Assembly (NCBI GenBank): GCA_963837175.1
Contig: CAWIMJ010000055.1
Coordinates: forward strand, 1-30,948
DNA length: 30,948 nucleotides
Source: an uncultured Nitrososphaeraceae archaeon
GTDB taxonomy: Archaea > Thermoproteota > Nitrososphaeria > Nitrososphaerales > Nitrososphaeraceae
Direction: 5' to 3'
Positions 28,741 to 30,948 of the stretch are shown piece after piece (positions within the stretch are counted from its first letter, which is position 1; every line of letters begins with the position of its first letter). The position numbers were made by a program, and so were the translations under genes. The notes under the pieces were generated by a model. It was given only the letters and a program-made list of their open reading frames with translations. It did not search any database and was not told where the DNA came from.

Positions 28741-29625
28741 ATGATTAGTTTTTATCGCTCAAACATCGATAAAATTTCTGAAGCTGATATAATTATAATT
28801 GGTGTACCAGATGAATCAAAATCTCATGCAAAACGAAAAGGCACAAGCAGAGGACCTGATATTCTGCGTCTTGCTACGAAGGAGTCAGAATTCTTTGAAA
28901 GGAATGGTAAAATTATTCCTATTGTTCCAATGCGTGGTAGGATTGATAATACGCACATATTGGATTATGGAAATGTAAAGAGAGAGGATCTCTATCAATT
29001 AGTCTTTGAGTTAGTTTCAAATAACAAGATACCTATCGTTATAGGCGGTGATCATTCTATTACTACAATAACCCTACAAGCAATCGGAGATTTATGTGGC
29101 AAAATTGATCTACTATATTTTGATGCTCATCCGGACTTTGTTTCTTCCACAAGAGATTACTATGGATCTGTACTATCCGACTCTTCACGATATATAGATT
29201 TTAAAAATAGTATGTTGATAGGAACAAGGGCTGCAGAGGCTGAAGAATTAGAAAATGCAAACAAAGTTGGATTAGAAGTAATTACCCCTATGGATATAGC
29301 AGAATTAGGAATCTTGAAGATTGCTCATAGGATGAGGTCAAAAAGCAATAATAATAAAAAATATATCTCCATTGATCTTGATTGTCTTGATCCTGCTTTT
29401 GCTCCAGGAGTTTCTTTGCCTTCTCCTTGTGGCTTATCAAGCATAGATCTTATCTATCTTGTAAAATTAGCAGCAGGCATGGGGATAATTGGAATCGATA
29501 TTGTAGAGCTCTCTCCAGATTTTGACATCAATAATATTACAGCATTTTTGGCAGCAAGAATTCTATCGGAGACCATTGCATCTATAAAGTTAGGTCACAA
29601 CAGTGAGACTGAGCAGAATTTCTAA
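28741..29625 (+). CDS. Ureohydrolase (arginase/agmatinase family)
   Basis: GGDHS, FDAHPD, SIDLDCLDPAFAPG and DIVELSP. TTATAT at about 28702 favours the ATG at 28741 over the GTG at 28714. Confidence 0.92.
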   Translation: MISFYRSNIDKISEADIIIIGVPDESKSHAKRKGTSRGPDILRLATKESEFFERNGKIIPIVPMRGRIDNTHILDYGNVKREDLYQLVFELVSNNKIPIVIGGDHSITTITLQAIGDLCGKIDLLYFDAHPDFVSSTRDYYGSVLSDSSRYIDFKNSMLIGTRAAEAEELENANKVGLEVITPMDIAELGILKIAHRMRSKSNNNKKYISIDLDCLDPAFAPGVSLPSPCGLSSIDLIYLVKLAAGMGIIGIDIVELSPDFDINNITAFLAARILSETIASIKLGHNSETEQNF

Positions 29626-29949
29626 ATCCATTAATAGGAAGCCAGGATGCCTTTCTAGGCACATCAAATTTATGTAAATTATTGCACTCATTCTTTTCAT
29701 GCACATCTACCAATGTGTATCTATTATTGGCATTTTCCATGAATAGTTATTTCCATTTTTTTTCTTACTCGCGTTAAGCATTAACAACTTTAGATTTCCT
29801 GAGATTAAATTACGATAAATATTCTGTCGACAAGCATAGAATGTGACAGTAAGACCTTCTTGTGACAATTATTGGTCCAATTTTTTTATCTATTGCTTAA
29901 TGAATAAAATCATTACTTATATACTTCATTGAGGAATAATAATTAGTCG

Positions 29950-30708
29950 ATGTTCGCTAGCGTTGTTGTTGCTTGCATTTATACTTTGATAGTATTTGGA
30001 GTAATGATAGGTTTACTGAATAATCCTCAAGGATACGCTCAATCTATACAGAACAATAGCACATTATCAGTCTCTGGAACAGCCACGATGAAAACAAATC
30101 CTGACAGAGTTACAGTTTCATTTGGTGTTGAAACAGCCAACACAACAGCAAGCTTAGCTCTGATGTCAAATTCAGAAATAACGAATAAAGTTCTTAATAT
30201 ATTAAAAGCGTCAGGCGTTCATGAAAATGAAACCACAACATCATCATTCGTTATTACTCCTAACTATAACTATTCAGAATCCGGTACTGTAGGAAACATA
30301 ACAGGATATACGGTAACTAATTCTATACAAATAGAGAGCTCAAATATAAATAATATATCAAGATGGATAGATATTGCAATATCAACAGGAGCTAATAGGG
30401 TGGATAGCATCTATTTCAGTGTATCCGATAAAAAATTAGATGACATTAAGAATAATCTGTTAAACGATGCAATTAACAATGCAAAATACAAAGCTGATAA
30501 TGTAGCTTCTATACTTGGATTAAAAGTAATTGGAGTCAGGTCAATCAATCTTAATGAATTTGAATCACCTCCTCCTATTCCACAGCCTTATTTAGCTGAG
30601 AAATCCTTGGCCTCGGCGGCAGAATCAAGCCCTGTATCTACTCCTATTCTAACAGGTATGCAAGAAGTCACCTCGCAAATAAGCATTGTATTTTTGCTAG
30701 GAAATTAA
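29950..30708 (+). CDS. SIMPL (DUF541) domain protein, exported or membrane-anchored
   Basis: N-terminal hydrophobic helix; LSVSGTA...PDRVTVSFGVET, GYTVTNSI, GANRVDSIYF and AINNAKYKA. Confidence 0.93.
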   Translation: MFASVVVACIYTLIVFGVMIGLLNNPQGYAQSIQNNSTLSVSGTATMKTNPDRVTVSFGVETANTTASLALMSNSEITNKVLNILKASGVHENETTTSSFVITPNYNYSESGTVGNITGYTVTNSIQIESSNINNISRWIDIAISTGANRVDSIYFSVSDKKLDDIKNNLLNDAINNAKYKADNVASILGLKVIGVRSINLNEFESPPPIPQPYLAEKSLASAAESSPVSTPILTGMQEVTSQISIVFLLGN

Positions 30709-30948
30709 TACCAACTTTACTCTATATTGTGAATGAATGGGCTCTTCATTTACTATCTTTTTATAAATTAGTTCAATAAATATGAACATACAGATTCAGC
30801 CAAGCTATTGCATATTACAGTTCAGCACTTCTCTCTTTCTAACAAGGAAAACATCAATAAATTTCTACGGTTCTATATATTTATATTTATATACTCTGAA
30901 TTGTCCTTTTGATAATACTTCCTTTCTCGTGATATGATGAAAGATGAC

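Overview
AT-rich accessory or 'genome-debris' region. It is most likely from a soil ammonia-oxidising archaeon (Nitrososphaeraceae), inferred from archaeal TATA boxes about 25 nt before near-leaderless starts, the protein families present and Asn/Gln-rich insertions. Apparently intact genes: two classical SDRs, an isochorismatase-family hydrolase, three YsnF/AvaK (DUF2382) paralogues, DUF72, two VOC proteins, a zinc-ribbon protein, a sensor histidine kinase, an acetolactate-synthase-like ThDP enzyme, a ureohydrolase and a SIMPL protein. Between them lie many frameshifted or fragmentary genes. A nested mobile-element graveyard sits at 12.6-15.0 kb: a tyrosine integrase remnant cut by an IS630-like element, itself cut by an IS5-like end, then a full-length decayed IS5. 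Most notable signals: (1) two 116-bp TA-flanked MITE copies whose end matches the IS630 remnant; (2) two direct copies of the 3' end of an adenine deaminase gene about 24 kb apart, an att-like signature bracketing the integrase remnant; (3) a YsnF/AvaK cluster with a shared promoter motif; (4) a candidate small RNA; (5) a possibly 2-oxoglutarate-decarboxylase-like ThDP enzyme near a ureohydrolase with an altered active site. All family assignments come from motif recognition by eye, not database searches.
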